The notes under the pieces are model-generated. The model was given only the letters and a program-made list of their open reading frames with translations. It did not search any database and was not told the DNA's origin. DNA of 63,548 nucleotides, counting the filler, from a bacterium (GTDB taxonomy: Bacteria; JAMORN01): NCBI GenBank assembly GCA_027063545.1. It is 10 parts of 10 records of this genome, joined end to end, with 100 filler letters (N's around TTAATTAATTAA, not from the genome) between each part and the next. Parts side by side here need not be neighbours in the genome. Positions count along the whole stretch, not along the records: positions 59,987 to 61,892 come from JAMORN010000166.1; positions 61,993 to 63,548 come from JAMORN010000174.1; 8 more parts are not named here. One strand, written 5' to 3'. This document shows, in pieces, positions 61,176-63,548 of this stretch (position 1 is the stretch's first letter; every line of letters starts with the position of its first letter). A program made the translations under genes and the position numbers.

Positions 61176-61892
61176 ATGAAAGAGACAAAGAGTTCCTACC
61201 AAATAGAAGAAAAGCAAGAAAGGTTAAATCAGTTATGGGATGAATATTTAAAAACAAGGAAAAAGAGTATAAGGGATAAATTAATAGTAGAATATTCTCC
61301 TCTAGTAAAGTATATAGTACTTAGATTGGCTTCTGATTTACCAAGTTCTGTTGAGATAGAAGATTTGATAAGTGTAGGTATAATGGGATTAATAAAGGCA
61401 ATAGAAAATTATGATCCTAAATTTAATACGAAATTCGAGACATATGCTACAATAAAAATAAAGGGAGCTGTATTAGATGAGCTAAGAAGGTTGGATTGGG
61501 TTTCAAGGGGAACTAGACAAAAGATTAAAATGTTAAATCAAGCTTATCAAGAGTTATCATCAAAGTTAGGAAGAGCACCGTATGACGAAGAAGTAGCTGA
61601 ATATTTAGGAATTTCAAAAGAAGAGTTTGATGACTTAACATCCAATATTGCGCCAGTTGTTTTTTCCTTAGAAGATGTATTATATAGTGGGAAAGATGAT
61701 AATGATGTAAGATTTGAGGATATGATAAAGGATGAAAGCACAGATAATCCATTAAAAAACATAGAAATACAGCAATTAAAAGAAATTTTAAAAGAAGCTA
61801 TAAATGAGTTACCAGAAAAGGAAAGGATAGTTATAGCTTTGTATCATTTTGAAGAGTTGTCTTTAAAAGAGATAGGAAAGGTACTAAATATT
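61176..61892 (+). CDS. fliA: Flagellar sigma factor FliA/WhiG (3' truncated)
   Basis: EDLISVG..GL, FETYA..KIKGA.LDELR..DWV.R, LPEKE, LKEIG. Confidence 0.93.
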
Positions 61893-61992
61893 NNNNNNNN
61901 NNNNNNNNNNNNNNNNNNNNNNNNNNNNNNNNNNNNTTAATTAATTAANNNNNNNNNNNNNNNNNNNNNNNNNNNNNNNNNNNNNNNNNNNN
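61893..61992. other. Artificial contig linker
   Basis: N run with TTAATTAATTAA. Confidence 0.99.
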
Positions 61993-63548
61993 TTAGGGTA
62001 TACTAAAATTGGTTTATCCTCTGCTATAATCTCAGAAGGTGAATTATAAAAATAAAAATCCAAAATACTTAAACTATTTTTTCCTAAAAGATAAAGTTTT
62101 TTTTCTATAGTATCTATAGCCAACTTTAATATTTTATTCTCTGGTAGAGTATAATTTACTCTTTTAAAATCTAAATTTGTAAAATTATATATATATAATC
62201 CACTATCAGTAGCAATTAAACCTAAATTTCTATATAATTTTAAATCATTAATATTGCCTATAACATCTTTTTTTTCTAAACTGAGTTTAAAATCAGTTAA
62301 AATCTTATATAAAAAAATACTATTATGAGTATATAAAATTATTCTATCATTATATAGGTTTAACCCTAAAATTCTATCATCTAAACTAATTGGAAGTGTA
62401 AATATTAAACTATCATCATTAGGATTTGAAAAGGTTCCATTTGTATTATACGCAAAAAATTCTTTATTATTCACAACAGCATACACTACTCCTTTATAAT
62501 ATATGACTGGATGATAGAATTCTCTATTATAAATAGGAAGTCCATTAACTTTATAATATTTAAATTTGGGGATAATCCCTAATACATTATAATAAAGGGA
62601 ATCTCCTGAGTATATATATGTAGCAAATGTATCTATATTTGTTATTGAAAAACCTCCTTGAAAATATATCTGTCTGGTAGAATCATCTTTATAATATGCC
62701 CAATGGCTTGTTAGAAAATTCTTTTCATCTATAACAAAAATATTATTTGTATATAAACTTGGATATCGATCTATATCCAAAGAAAAACTTGTATTATCCT
62801 CTGTGTTATAAAATCTTATAGTATTATTAAACCCACTTGCTATTAGGTATTTATCTATTCTTTTTAAATCGTAAAACTCCTCTTTATTTTTAAAAGTAAA
62901 TAGATCTACAATTCTAAATTTATTGTTAGAAAAATAAGCTAAATTATAGTTATCTAATGTATCATCATGAATATTTCCTAAGATAAAAAGTTTTGAAGTA
63001 ATATAATCATAATAGGCTACATCAACTCTATTATACCATGTTCTTATATCAATCTTTTTATATATATCATAGGATAAAGTATCCTTAGGTATATAAAATC
63101 TACTATCAATAGTACTATCATAAAAATTTATCCACACAGAAGGGTCCCCTAAATAATCATTTAAATATGCTTTTGATAGAGTTGTAGGGTTTTTAATATA
63201 TATTGTATCATTATCAATAAATAAAGAAAGAACTGTGTCTTGAATATCCCCAAAGTTTCTATATACATTATCTATTATAGTTCTTTTACTTATAGAATAA
63301 ATAGACAATCCTTTATCTGTCCCTATAAATAAAATATCATTATTATATCTATAAATAGAGTTTATTTTAAAAAAATCAAGTCCATAAGAATATGACCATG
63401 TTTTATTTTTTAAGTTATAAGAAAAAAGTTCATGCTTGTTTGTTCCTATCCAAAGAATAGAATCTCCGTCATTTAATAAAACTGTTAAATCTATTAAAAA
63501 TTTATTATCTATTTGCTTTATATAATATTCTTTAGACTCTTTTGTTAG
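61993..63548 (-). CDS. Beta-propeller protein (PorZ-like), truncated at both ends
   Basis: Frame open to the window end; blades LWIGT, LFIGTDKGLS and IATDSGL; ends in ILVYP, like the start of a T9SS CTD (VYPNP). Confidence 0.65.

Noticed and set aside
63128-63136. Perfect DnaA box TTATCCACA
   Set aside because: Single copy inside a coding region on a different contig; plausible by chance.

Overview
This window is not one locus. It contains ten fragments of a very AT-rich bacterial draft genome or MAG, joined by 100-nt N-linkers carrying TTAATTAATTAA (7554-7653, 15140-15239, 22700-22799, 30257-30356, 37754-37853, 45242-45341, 52606-52705, 59887-59986, 61893-61992). Adjacency across the linkers is meaningless. 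The organism is a flagellated diderm (flgFGAHI, flgJ-like/flgN/flgK, flhG/fliA, sigma54-type promoters) with type IV pilus genes (pilT, pilC, PilS-like kinase). It also has T9SS-CTD-like and cleaved-adhesin proteins, which hints at an FCB-group lineage (inference). Most of the window is housekeeping: aroB/Q/C/E, recA-recG, pcrA, rpsU, hisI, rnhB, secA, der-plsY-gpsA, murJ, sppA, rex. The stand-out accessory region is 45342-52605, a tightly coupled minus-strand operon. It encodes a UPF1/DNA2-like SF1 helicase, two large proteins with PLD-like domains, a DUF2997 protein, a DUF1257-like protein and an NrdG-like radical SAM enzyme. It converges on a sigma54-activator-type regulator and is a candidate uncharacterised defence/conflict system. 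Other oddities: a GC-rich G-quadruplex/hairpin element between flgI and recG that is complementary to the flgH and flgI RBSs; a terminator-like hairpin inside recG; a divergent DnaA paralogue; a 31-aa SecA insertion; degenerate GH3 and partner-switch proteins; a (GA)8 tract at a start codon; and two pseudogenes. No rRNA, tRNA, CRISPR array or transposase was recognised. All domain calls are by eye from motifs, not from searches.
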